Of a stretch of 58,680 nucleotides of DNA, positions 46,560-56,606 are shown one piece after another. The notes beneath the pieces are model-generated. The model was not told where the DNA came from. It saw nothing but the letters and a program-made list of their open reading frames with translations, and did not search any database. Origin of the DNA: a bacterium (lineage in GTDB: Bacteria; 4484-113; JAGGVC01); the NCBI GenBank assembly GCA_021158185.1, contig JAGGVC010000034.1:1-58680 (forward strand), in the 5' to 3' direction. The stretch's first letter is position 1; each line of letters starts with the position of its first letter. A program made the position numbers and the translations under genes.

Positions 46560-47320
46560 TAGAAATGTAGGGGCGTGCGGCGGCACGCCCGTCTTGGAAT
46601 AATCGGGGTTCGGCAATAGCGCGGATTGCATTTGTAGGGTGCGTGCGGCGGCACGCCCGTCCCAGCCCGGACTGCCACCGTCTCGGTGGTTGCGAGTGAA
46701 CGCGAGCATCGGCAAAAATCGCAATTAGAAAATCGAGCGAAACTTGCGTTTCGCGTTATGGAAATCGATTGCTCGATTTACTCCGAATCTAAAGTTCGCT
46801 CCGCTCACGGCGGCGCGGACAACGCCAGTCCGTGTATGGTTATGTAGTGTTAGTTCGTGAAAGGAACGGATTTACACCCGTCCAGCCCCGCTTTAGTCCT
46901 GTACAACCCTACATCCTGTACAGCGCCCAGTCCTGGGCGCGGGTTGATGGTTCATAACTACAGGAGCGGCCATTCCTGGCCGCAGATTCGCAGGCCGGAG
47001 TGGACAACGCCCTTTATCCCTGTACAGCGCCCAGTCGTGGGCGCTCCGGACAGAAAATACGAGAGGTAATAAACTTGCCACCGATAGTGAAATATTTCAC
47101 GAGCGGCGAATGGGGAGAAAGCACAAATTATGAGGTGGGAGTTGAGCGGCAAACGTGGGGGGCGTGAGATGGAGAAACGGCGGCTGGGCGCGGGCTGCGC
47201 GCGCGTAGGGTGCGGGTTTTACACCCGCCCACCGATGAGCTAACAAAAAAAGAGAGCGGCCATTCAAGGGTGCAGCCCGTATATCAAATGTGGGAGGCGG
47301 TAAACGCCCCCCATACAACC
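46560..47320. repeat. Cluster of REP-like palindromes in a convergent intergenic region
   Basis: GTAGGGGCGTGCGGCGGCACGCCCGT (46567-46592; variant 46634-46660), TGTACAGCGCCCAGTC.TGGGCGC (46917, 47021), further GTAG/GTGG-led hairpins near 47205 and 47290. Confidence 0.7.
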
Positions 47321-47346
47321 GCGAATCCACCATCGCACCCAACGCT

Positions 47347-47736
47347 TTACTCGTCGTCCGCAAGCCCCTTTATCACCCAGCGTCCGTCATCGTCGCGCTC
47401 GATATATTTTCCGACGCGCGCGCGCGCTTCCCTCAGGTAAGCGTCGCACTGCTTGATAAGCTCCACGCCCTCCTCGAAGAGCTTCACCATCTCGCCCAGC
47501 TTCACGTCCTCGCGCTCAAGCTCGTCGGAGATTTCCTTCAGCCGCTCGAACGTCTCCTCGAAGTCGTCCAGCGCATCCGGCTCGCCGCTATCGCTGTGTG
47601 CGCCCTTATCCGCAGCCGTCTCCGTATCGTCGGGCTGTCCGTCGCCAACGTCGATAACCTCGTCCGAAGGCTCGTCGTTCAAGACGTTGCCGCCGTTTTC
47701 ATTTTTTCCGTTGAAAAGATCCTTATCCTTGCTCAC
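47347..47736 (-). CDS. xseB: Exodeoxyribonuclease VII small subunit
   Basis: FEETFERLKEI..LE...L.E.VKLFEEGVEL...C...L..AR; acidic N-terminal extension. Confidence 0.9.
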   Translation of the reverse strand: MSKDKDLFNGKNENGGNVLNDEPSDEVIDVGDGQPDDTETAADKGAHSDSGEPDALDDFEETFERLKEISDELEREDVKLGEMVKLFEEGVELIKQCDAYLREARARVGKYIERDDDGRWVIKGLADDE

Positions 47737-49094
47737 TTCTTTCCTCCGTCATTCTCGTTTGGCTCATCGACGCGCGCGCGATAATCGCCCTTGTGCGCGC
47801 GTACAAGGATCGCCTCGCCGCGCTTCACTTCGTCCGGCCCCGTTACCACTTCGCCGTCGCGCGCGCGCGATACGACGCTGAACCCGCGCTTCAGCTGCTT
47901 TTTGAGGTCGCAGGCCTGCACCGCCGCGCGAACCGCGCCTAGTTCGTCAGCGCGCTTCAGAATCGCCTGCATCACACTCCTCGGCGGCGCGGACGCAAGT
48001 CGGGCAGTCGCCCCGCCGAGCATATCGAAGCCCTTCAACATCCCGCCGATTGCACGGTGATCGAGCATAGCTCTAGCCTCATCCCTCATCCCATCGAGTA
48101 ATTCGGGTATCGCAGCCACGATCCGAAGCGCGTCATCGAGCGATTGCTCGGCATTCTCGATCCTTCCGACGAGCGCGCGCGCAGCCTTAAACTCGGCCAC
48201 AGCGGAAAAATCGCCCATAATCCGGCTGAGCCGCCTTCCCGCCCATTCCGAAATCCTTTCCCGAATCAGCATGTATTCCTTGAGTACATCCGGCCAGTTT
48301 CCGGTTGCGATCTCCATCGCCGCGGTGGGCGTCGGCGCGCGAAGGTCGGATACGAAATCGCATATCGTCGTATCGCTCTCGTGCCCGACGCCGCTTATCG
48401 TGGGAATAATCGAGTCGGCGACGGCGCGTCCGAAATCCTCGTCGTTGAAACACCAGAGATCCTCGATGCTGCCGCCCCCGCGCGCGATTATGATCACGTC
48501 GAATCCTGCGGGATCGGCCTGGGCCGCGTGAAGCGCCTGCAACAGTTCGGGCGGCGCGGCGTCTCCCTGCACGAGCGACGCAAATAGCCTTACCTCGATA
48601 TGCGGAGCGTTCTTGCTGTGGATGTTCAGCATATCCTGAAGCGCAGCCGTTGTGGGACTCGTGATTATCGCAATCCTGCGCGGAAGAACCGGAATCGATA
48701 GCTTTCTTTCCTCGTCGAAAAGCCCTTCCTTCCTGAGCTTCTCCTTGAGCTTCTCGTAAGCCGCCGCAAGCTCGCCAGCGCCCTTCTGCACGACCTCGAA
48801 CACGACGAGCTGGTATTCGCCGCGGGGTGGGTAAACGTTGATTTTCCCGCTCGCAACGACCTCGTCTCCGTCCTTGAAGCCGATCTTGCGCCGAGCACCT
48901 TTTCCGAACCACACGCACCGGATGCTCGCATCCTTGTCCTTCATCGTGAAGTACGTATGGCCGGACTGGTAGGTCTTGAGCCCGCTAACCTCGCCCACGA
49001 CCGAAACGCTCACAAGCGCGGGATCGCGTTCGAGCAGGCCCTTTATCAGAAAGGTAAGCTCGGTTACCGAATAGGTTTTTCGCATCGCACCCAC
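47733..49094 (-). CDS. xseA: Exodeoxyribonuclease VII large subunit
   Basis: SGHTYFTMKD, RGGGSIEDLWCFN, SGVGHESD, RAPTPTAA. Confidence 0.96.
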   Translation of the reverse strand: MGAMRKTYSVTELTFLIKGLLERDPALVSVSVVGEVSGLKTYQSGHTYFTMKDKDASIRCVWFGKGARRKIGFKDGDEVVASGKINVYPPRGEYQLVVFEVVQKGAGELAAAYEKLKEKLRKEGLFDEERKLSIPVLPRRIAIITSPTTAALQDMLNIHSKNAPHIEVRLFASLVQGDAAPPELLQALHAAQADPAGFDVIIIARGGGSIEDLWCFNDEDFGRAVADSIIPTISGVGHESDTTICDFVSDLRAPTPTAAMEIATGNWPDVLKEYMLIRERISEWAGRRLSRIMGDFSAVAEFKAARALVGRIENAEQSLDDALRIVAAIPELLDGMRDEARAMLDHRAIGGMLKGFDMLGGATARLASAPPRSVMQAILKRADELGAVRAAVQACDLKKQLKRGFSVVSRARDGEVVTGPDEVKRGEAILVRAHKGDYRARVDEPNENDGGKK

Positions 49095-49098
49095 GAGC

Positions 49099-51387
49099 CT
49101 ATTCTACACTTTCGCCAGGATGTTTCGAACGCGCATCGGATCGGCGCAACAAAAACAGGAATGCAATGAAAACCGCGAACAGCGCGATCACCGAATACGC
49201 CCAGATTACGATCATCCCTTGAAAACCGGGCATAAATTCCATAACAAGTTCGTGCTCGCCTGCTGGAATCGCCACCCCCTGGAATGCACCGTCAACCTTG
49301 ATTATCTGCGCATCCACACCGTCGAGCCAAGCGCGCCAGCCGGGATGGAAAGCAGTCGTGCGCACGAATATCTTGTTTTCATCGGCTTCGATCTTGTAAA
49401 CCTGCCTTGAATTCTCGTCCAGAACAAGGCTCACATCGAAACTTCCCTTCATTGAAGGTGCAAAGCCCGTATCTTCCGTTACGAGCGCGATCTTGTCGAG
49501 ATACAGCGGATAGTTCGATTCGATGTAAGAGAAAATCGCGTCATCCGATTCGAACTTCTTCACCGACCCGCACAGATATATGCCCTTGCTTGCGGACTGT
49601 GCGAACGGCATAAGCTCGGTAGGAAGCGCGTTGAGCCACGAAATCACGTCGGACCTCCGCTGATCCTGAATCATGCTGCCGTTGGAGCTTAGCGCGGTTT
49701 CAAAAAACCGCATGTAATCGGCAATGACAAGCTCTCCCGCCCAGCCAACGTTTCCGATGCCGGCGACCGATGGATAACAGGGAATATTGAAGTCAAGCTC
49801 GTGAATCTCCCCCGTTTTTTCGGTGCCGGATTCAGGCGTAATCACGCGAAAAACACGAGAACATGTTCCTTCTTCTTTCGCCATTACGAATCGCTGCGGA
49901 ACGGGTGTCGCCGCCTTCTCGGACGATGTAATGTTGAAAGCCCTGTGGAACGAAAGAAGCGGCCACATCGTAATAAGGAAAGCAAGTATCAAGATGTATA
50001 GTCCAACACGTCGGAATGGGTCATTCTCAAACCTTTTGAGAACGAGAAATTCGAAACCTGCGGCGAAAAGCCCTGCAATCGCAAGAATCGCAGGAAATAA
50101 AAAGCGTGCGGGAATTCGTGTTGCGCCGTAGCCGGGAATGAGTTTCAGAAGATAGTAAAGCCCGCCCCACTTGCCGAACGCCAGAATAACCGAGATGATT
50201 CCCACAATCGCAAGCACTTTTACGGTGCGGTTAAGCTCACCGAACGGCGCCGCTTTGGAATTTGGCTTTTCGAGCGGTTCTGCATCATCGCCCGTATTTG
50301 ATTCTTCAGATTCAGGCTCGCGAATACCCGGTTTGGCCGAAGTCAACTTCCTGCGTATCTTTCGAACCACATCGGTTGCAAGCACGATATATACGAGAGT
50401 TGCGATCAATAAAGGCAATGCTCCGATCAGGCAAACCCGCTCCACAAAACCGCTTGGACCGAAGTATCCGGGCGAATTCCAGGCGTTGGCCGGACCGAAC
50501 GCAAACGCATTGACCGCAGTAATCAGCATATGCGGCGGCAGGCTGTACGAAAGGAAATCAGCCATCGTGAATCCCGCACGGTTGGACAATGCGAGTAGTT
50601 CAAGCGTCGGCACAAGCTGTGGAAGCGCGAGCGCAGTCCCCGTAAATATTCCAGCCGCTGGAATAATAAAAAGCCAGCCCGGATGGGGACGTGAGCCCCT
50701 TGGAGAAGTGAAAAACACCGCAACGAGAAATACCGCAAGCGTGATAATTCCAATCATCGCCATCTGCGGATGCCCCGCGAGCCACATCATCAGAATCACG
50801 AAAGAAATTGCGAGAAATACGGACAATCGCGCGCGCGAAAGGACCGATCGCGGGTTTGATCGCGCGTGGCGCGATCGTGACGCGATCGCAGGATTCAGAC
50901 CCGCAAATACGAGCCATGGAATCCAGGCGGCAACCGCCACAAGGTTGAAATGACCGAGGTGCGCGCTCATCGGGCCGCAGAGCATGAACACGAGTGCACC
51001 GAGCGTGGCCGATCTTTCACGAATGCCGAGACGCAGAAACAGCGCAAATGCGCCGAGTCCTGCAAGGATAGTGTGCAGGATAGAGCCGAGCATAAGCGCC
51101 GTCCAGGTCGGGAAAAAACGGTGGAGGATGAAGTTCGGCGGGTAGAGCATTCCTGTCTGCCCTTCGGCAAAGAGCGGAAACCCGCAAGCCTGATAGGGAT
51201 GCCAGAGCGCAAGCCGCCCGTCTCGAAGCTCGCTCCCGTAGAAATCGCGCCAGGGGTAGTTCTGGTATGTGATGTCGCCGCTCGGAGAGTAGACTTCACC
51301 GGCGAAGACAATGTTGAAATGGTAAGCGACCGCGGCTGCAAGAACCACAAGGATATAGGGAGCAAGCTTTCGAATCGACGCAGCCAC
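49099..51387 (-). CDS. YfhO-family (GT-C-like) membrane protein
   Basis: LWHPYQACGFPLFAE...YPPN, GHPQ, many TM helices, HPGWRAWLDG. Confidence 0.85.
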   Translation of the reverse strand: MAASIRKLAPYILVVLAAAVAYHFNIVFAGEVYSPSGDITYQNYPWRDFYGSELRDGRLALWHPYQACGFPLFAEGQTGMLYPPNFILHRFFPTWTALMLGSILHTILAGLGAFALFLRLGIRERSATLGALVFMLCGPMSAHLGHFNLVAVAAWIPWLVFAGLNPAIASRSRHARSNPRSVLSRARLSVFLAISFVILMMWLAGHPQMAMIGIITLAVFLVAVFFTSPRGSRPHPGWLFIIPAAGIFTGTALALPQLVPTLELLALSNRAGFTMADFLSYSLPPHMLITAVNAFAFGPANAWNSPGYFGPSGFVERVCLIGALPLLIATLVYIVLATDVVRKIRRKLTSAKPGIREPESEESNTGDDAEPLEKPNSKAAPFGELNRTVKVLAIVGIISVILAFGKWGGLYYLLKLIPGYGATRIPARFLFPAILAIAGLFAAGFEFLVLKRFENDPFRRVGLYILILAFLITMWPLLSFHRAFNITSSEKAATPVPQRFVMAKEEGTCSRVFRVITPESGTEKTGEIHELDFNIPCYPSVAGIGNVGWAGELVIADYMRFFETALSSNGSMIQDQRRSDVISWLNALPTELMPFAQSASKGIYLCGSVKKFESDDAIFSYIESNYPLYLDKIALVTEDTGFAPSMKGSFDVSLVLDENSRQVYKIEADENKIFVRTTAFHPGWRAWLDGVDAQIIKVDGAFQGVAIPAGEHELVMEFMPGFQGMIVIWAYSVIALFAVFIAFLFLLRRSDARSKHPGESVE

Positions 51388-51514
51388 GCAGGAATTCTAT
51401 CATTGCTGAAGCGTCAAGCTTCGTGTGGTTGCACAAAGGCATTGCAAAGCGGCATGAAACACATAACTGTCTGATGATTGACCACCCCATCGAATGCTCA
51501 CAGGCAGTGCTGGC

Positions 51515-52621
51515 TTATCGCATCCTTCCAAGGCTTGATGCGAGCGCGTAAAACAGGTAATCCTCGTTTACGTTCTGCATAAGCCAGGTTTCCGCCCTGT
51601 CGATCAAAGCTGTGATTTCGAGTATGTTGCTCCGAGCAAAAGCGCTGGCTTCTGAAACAGGAGTATTGCAGCCCTCGTGCACCAAGGCCTCGCGCAACCA
51701 GTCGAGAGTCGTTTTCTGTGCGGATCGCGCGATTTCATTGAGCCTCGTTTGACTGACTTCCCAGCGTTCAAGCTCCTTTTTTTTCTTTAACCCGAGCGCC
51801 TTGGCGTCAGGAAGCGTCCACGCGATCACTTCCTTCTCCCGCTTTTCAAGATGCTCCGAAAGCGTATTCGAAACTTCGACGAATACCGAAACGAAACCGG
51901 CCTTATCTCCGTAATCGCCCAGGATTTCAAAAAACGCACTCGTAAGGCTTTCGACACCTTCAAGTAGCTTCTTATCATCTGCAAGTATTCGTGCAAGAAC
52001 CCACTTGCCCTGTGCAAACCTTGATGCACGCTTGGCGCAGTCAGGATCCGTTCCACTTTCGATAAGCTTTTCGCTCAAAAAAAGCGCCGGCTCCTCGCAG
52101 AGCCTGATTTCCTCGCAGCGGCTTCGGATTGTCGGAAGAACATCGTATGGATGATCGGTAACAAGGATGAAAACCGTCGCATCCGGCGCTTCCTCGAAAA
52201 GCTTGAGCATCATATTGCCGGTCTGCTCGTTCAGCGTATGCGCGTTGTCGATCATGATCACGCGCTTCCGCGAATGAACGGGATGGCGGAGTGCAACTGA
52301 GAAATCGTCGTACTCCTCGCTGACGATCTGCACCGTAATCTGCTTCGTACGGGGAAGAACGAACGTAAAATCCGAAAACGGACCTGCCAAAAGCGCCTTA
52401 CATGGAAAGCACTCACCGCAGCACTCAAGCAAAGCGCCTTTCGGACGGTTCATGCACATAAGCGCGCGCGTATAAATCAGGGCAAGCGTGGTCTTACCGA
52501 CCATCGGCGGCCCTGAAAAGAGCACGGATGTCGGAGTATGATCGAGCGCCAGCCACCTGCCAAGGCGCGCAACAACGGAATCCTGTCCCACAAATTCGGA
52601 TGCGTTACATCCTGCAATCAC
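51515..52621 (-). CDS. holB: DNA polymerase III delta' subunit
   Basis: LFSGPPMVGKT, CGECFPC zinc motif, LKLFEEAP, LPTIRSRC; start GTG 52621. Confidence 0.85.
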   Translation of the reverse strand: MIAGCNASEFVGQDSVVARLGRWLALDHTPTSVLFSGPPMVGKTTLALIYTRALMCMNRPKGALLECCGECFPCKALLAGPFSDFTFVLPRTKQITVQIVSEEYDDFSVALRHPVHSRKRVIMIDNAHTLNEQTGNMMLKLFEEAPDATVFILVTDHPYDVLPTIRSRCEEIRLCEEPALFLSEKLIESGTDPDCAKRASRFAQGKWVLARILADDKKLLEGVESLTSAFFEILGDYGDKAGFVSVFVEVSNTLSEHLEKREKEVIAWTLPDAKALGLKKKKELERWEVSQTRLNEIARSAQKTTLDWLREALVHEGCNTPVSEASAFARSNILEITALIDRAETWLMQNVNEDYLFYALASSLGRMR

Positions 52622-52922
52622 GAATTCAGTATAACAGATATAATCTGTGCTCCGATGCAATCAGGAACAGGTATTACGATTATCCGACAGCCCGAAACAC
52701 GCCGATTGGAAAATGATATATCTGGCAAAATAATTTATAAAGAAAATCCCGCTGAGAATACGAGGTTTCCCCAGATATCATGGTATATTGATTAGTAGCT
52801 TGGATGCCGCGTCAGGTTCAAGTACAGTGGGGGGGACCCGATTCAGCGGATCGCGAATTCGAGCCGCTAGTGTTTGCTGGAAATGTTAATGGGGGAATCT
52901 GCGATAAGGCGGATAAACGGAT

Positions 52923-54158
52923 ATGGCGTCTGACAAGAAAAACGAACGGGATCACATCGAACCCGGCGATGTATGGGTCGAGATTGAAACATCGTTTCTT
53001 GGTGTTGGTCAATCTCTCGCCTGCGATCTATATGTTGGCGACATCATACTCCTCAAGAAGGGCCAGACAATCACCGAAGCGCTGATAAAAGCTTTCGAGA
53101 AGCGCAACATTTCATCCGTGAGAGTGAAAAAAAGCGTTGCCGACGATCTTCAGGTCGAAAGCGGAAGGCTGTCCGAAATAAGCGACAGCATACCGAGCGT
53201 ACATGTTGAAGTGTATCAGGAGATTCTTGCAAACGAGGAAGAACTCTGGGACGAAGCCGGCATCGAAACGCAGGTTGACGAGAAACTCCTCAATGAAACG
53301 TCGAAATGCGTCGAGGATGTTTTTACACGTTTCAGTGAGGGTGCGCCTCTCGCGGTTGAGAAAGTCAAAGATTACGTGAAGGATATCATCAAGCAGGCAA
53401 TTGCAAATCCCGATAATGCAGTCAAGCTGCTCGATGTAGAGCACCATGACAAATACACATTTCGGCATTCGGTAAATGTCGGACTGATCTTTCTTGCAAT
53501 CGTCAGGGAAACGGCTCCGGATGAGAAGATCGAATCACTGACTACGGGAGCGGTGTTCCACGATGTTGGAAAAACAAAGATCCCGCTGAAGATAATTCAG
53601 AAGCCCGGACCGCTTACGGCCGGAGAATTCGAGATCATGAAAGAACATCCGACAATCGGCGTAGATATTCTTACCGAGCATGGCGGGTTCGACGATGATG
53701 CGCTGGATATCTGCAAGCACCATCATGAAAAATGGGACGGTACTGGCTACCCCGACGGACTGAAGGGCGAGGAAATATCGGAGTATGCGCAGTTATCCGC
53801 GGTCGCCGATGTATACGACGCCATCACAACATCGCGCAGCTACAGGAAGAAAATGGACTTCGGCACAGCTATGAATCTTATTATCAAGGGCAGCGGAAAG
53901 CACTTTTCCCCGAAAAGCGCAAACAGGCTGTGGTCTACGCTCGGTCTCTATCCGGTGGGATCGTTTGTCAAACTCTCTACGGGCGAAATAGGCGTAGTGC
54001 GAAACATCAACCACGAAATAATCACTAGACCGGTAGTGATGGTTATGTACGACGGAGATATGCGCAGGCGGAGAATGCCGAGGTTGATCAACCTTTACAA
54101 GGAACTTGACATTTCTATCGTTGGCGGACTCGGACGACGTAACCTTGCAAATGCCTAG
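52923..54158 (+). CDS. HD-GYP cyclic-dinucleotide phosphodiesterase
   Basis: HSVNV, HDVGK, HHEKWDGTGYP, ADVYDA, YPVGS. Confidence 0.93.
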   Translation: MASDKKNERDHIEPGDVWVEIETSFLGVGQSLACDLYVGDIILLKKGQTITEALIKAFEKRNISSVRVKKSVADDLQVESGRLSEISDSIPSVHVEVYQEILANEEELWDEAGIETQVDEKLLNETSKCVEDVFTRFSEGAPLAVEKVKDYVKDIIKQAIANPDNAVKLLDVEHHDKYTFRHSVNVGLIFLAIVRETAPDEKIESLTTGAVFHDVGKTKIPLKIIQKPGPLTAGEFEIMKEHPTIGVDILTEHGGFDDDALDICKHHHEKWDGTGYPDGLKGEEISEYAQLSAVADVYDAITTSRSYRKKMDFGTAMNLIIKGSGKHFSPKSANRLWSTLGLYPVGSFVKLSTGEIGVVRNINHEIITRPVVMVMYDGDMRRRRMPRLINLYKELDISIVGGLGRRNLANA

Positions 54159-54354
54159 GATAAGCTCAAGGGCGGGTCTGCTTTGCATCTCCTACCGGTA
54201 TTCGTCTTTAGTTTTGCTGTATATATTGCTTATTGGTTGATAGAAATATCTTTTCCGGCTATATTACTGCTCGTGTCAGGGCAGCATCTCCGCTGTTGGG
54301 AACAGCATAGGACAGGTTTCCGCATTACTTTTTAGCGGAACGCTTTTCGGCGAA

Positions 54355-55614
54355 ATGGAAGGAAAAAACAAGAGCCAGAAATGGGAATTTATCGAGATCG
54401 CCCATCTCTCTTCTGGGATGACTCTCTCATGCGACGTAATTTATAAGGATTTCGTGGTCCTTCGCAAGGGAAATGAAATAAGCGAGGACTTGCTTGAGTC
54501 ACTCAAGAGCCGGAATATCGAATATGTAAAGGTAAGCCCCGAAGCCGCGAAGGAAATAAAGAGCAACGCGAGAACAGCTGCGGCTCAGTCAGCCGGCATT
54601 CCCACATCTTTCCTTTCACCAAATGGTACTACGCTTCTTGATATGAATGAAAGGAATGTTCAGAAGACAGTGCGCTCGGAATTCGAACTCGAAAAGGAGC
54701 TGTACGATAGGGCCGATATCCATCCTGCAGTGGATCAGCGCTTGCTGAAGCTCGTATCAGACAGCGTGGAGAAAACGTTCACGCAGATGTCCAAATACAA
54801 CAAACTTGACATAAACACCTTAAGAGGACCCGTTCGGGAGATGGTTCTTCAGTCCATTGCCCGCCCGAACGCTGCAGTGAAATTGATTGATGTGGAACAT
54901 GTCGAACAATACACGGTTCGTCATTCGGTAAACGTCGGACTGCTTTTCCTGGCTATTGCCCGTGATTATATCCCAAAGGAAATCATGATGGATATGACGC
55001 TCGCGGCAATTCTGCACGACATCGGCAAGGCTCGGATACCGAAAGAACTAATTGAAAAGCGCGGTCCGCTTACCCACGATGAATTCAAGCTTGTAAAAAC
55101 CCACACACTGCTGGGGTACAAGATTCTTATGGGAAAAGGCGGATTCAAGCATGACATCGCAGATATTGCACTGTCGCATCATGAGCGCGTTGACGGCAGC
55201 GGCTATCCAAGGGGAACGAAAAAACTGTCGCTAGCTGCTCAAATCGCAGCAGTATGCGATGTTTACGACGCTCTCACAACGACCCGCAGCTACAAAACAA
55301 AAACCGACTTCCATTCTGCACTCAACATCATCATCAAGAGTGCAGGAAAGGAATTTTCGAGATTTGCAGTGAAGCTTATGATCTCGCGCATCGGTCTCTA
55401 CCCCATTGGTACATTCGTAAGGTTGAGCAGCAACGAAATCGGCGTAGTGAAAAAAGTCAATCCTGAAAAGATCCACTGCCCCCATGTTGCGGTTCTCTGC
55501 GGATTAAATCAGGAACCGCTCGATCATATTCGCGTGATGGATATCGCCGAAAATCCTAATCTTACAATTGCAAACGTATTAGCTACGCGAGATATTATAA
55601 AGATGAACTTTTAA
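54355..55614 (+). CDS. HD-GYP cyclic-dinucleotide phosphodiesterase (paralog)
   Basis: HSVNV, HDIGK, HHERVDGSGYP, CDVYDA, YPIGT. Confidence 0.93.
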   Translation: MEGKNKSQKWEFIEIAHLSSGMTLSCDVIYKDFVVLRKGNEISEDLLESLKSRNIEYVKVSPEAAKEIKSNARTAAAQSAGIPTSFLSPNGTTLLDMNERNVQKTVRSEFELEKELYDRADIHPAVDQRLLKLVSDSVEKTFTQMSKYNKLDINTLRGPVREMVLQSIARPNAAVKLIDVEHVEQYTVRHSVNVGLLFLAIARDYIPKEIMMDMTLAAILHDIGKARIPKELIEKRGPLTHDEFKLVKTHTLLGYKILMGKGGFKHDIADIALSHHERVDGSGYPRGTKKLSLAAQIAAVCDVYDALTTTRSYKTKTDFHSALNIIIKSAGKEFSRFAVKLMISRIGLYPIGTFVRLSSNEIGVVKKVNPEKIHCPHVAVLCGLNQEPLDHIRVMDIAENPNLTIANVLATRDIIKMNF

Positions 55615-55618
55615 CAGT

Positions 55619-56467
55619 TCACATCATCGCGTTGATCCTGCCGGATGCAAGGCTTATACCGCCCCTGCTGCGCACGGCGGAAACCTGCGCATCAGCGTTT
55701 TCTTTTGCTACTTCAATTAATCGGGCATTCGCATCAGCGACTTTCATACTCTCAATCCGCCCGATCTCGCGGTTCAGCTCTTCGATTCTCTTTTCGAGGT
55801 AAACACGCTCGCCCCGGGTTTCACCTTCAACAGATATGCGATCCCCGCGCTCGCGTCTCTCAGCCCTGTCGACAGATGACTTTTCCTCGGATCTGTCAAG
55901 CCTGCCTTCAAGGGCAGTTCGTTCGTTCTCAAGCTTTTCCCTTGTCCTCCTGCGCACTTCCGGCGAATCCTGATCGTTTACGGCTTTGTCCCCTGCTGTT
56001 TCTTCGTAATCCTCGCTTCCGCCAGATGCACGGCTGCCATCCGTCGCGGCCGCACAGTTATTGTTGGCAAGGTCGATTCTCGCAGCCCCGTTTTCCGCTC
56101 CGCCCGAAGATGGAATTCTCTCCGCAGTATCCCGGCTGAATCCTGTATCCCGCTGTTCATTCATATGCGAATCACGGTCGTAGCGAATCTGAGCAGCGCG
56201 CGCGGACGGAACGCTGTAAACCGTGGTTCGCCCGGCTTTGATACTCAGCTTGCCATCCACCAAGTCGGTTTTGTATTCGATCTTGGCAAGCAAGACATCG
56301 TCCCCGCGGGAAGCGGCTTCGCGGGTAAACTGGCGGAGATTCCCCAATTCCTGGCCTGTAACGGATGGCATGGATTGGCTGGGGGTTGCGCTCTTCAGCG
56401 TTCCAAGCTCACCGGGATCGAGCTTGTATCTAAGCACCGTAGACGTCAGGTTCATTGGAACCTTCAT
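55619..56467 (-). CDS. Hypothetical protein with C-terminal coiled coil
   Basis: 282-aa ORF with RBS GGAGG. Confidence 0.65.
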   Translation of the reverse strand: MKVPMNLTSTVLRYKLDPGELGTLKSATPSQSMPSVTGQELGNLRQFTREAASRGDDVLLAKIEYKTDLVDGKLSIKAGRTTVYSVPSARAAQIRYDRDSHMNEQRDTGFSRDTAERIPSSGGAENGAARIDLANNNCAAATDGSRASGGSEDYEETAGDKAVNDQDSPEVRRRTREKLENERTALEGRLDRSEEKSSVDRAERRERGDRISVEGETRGERVYLEKRIEELNREIGRIESMKVADANARLIEVAKENADAQVSAVRSRGGISLASGRINAMM

Positions 56468-56606
56468 CGCGTATCACCTCCGTGGGATACATATACATTA
56501 TACCCCATCAATCGCATTTGCGAACCGATCGCGGATTCTATAGCTTTTCGCCGCTCATACAGGTAAGGAGTGTGAGCGTCAAAACGGAGTTGATTACTGG
56601 ATATTC

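Noticed and set aside
46536-47363. Short ORFs in the tsaB-xseB gap
   Set aside because: They translate palindromic repeats and lack RBS or recognisable domains
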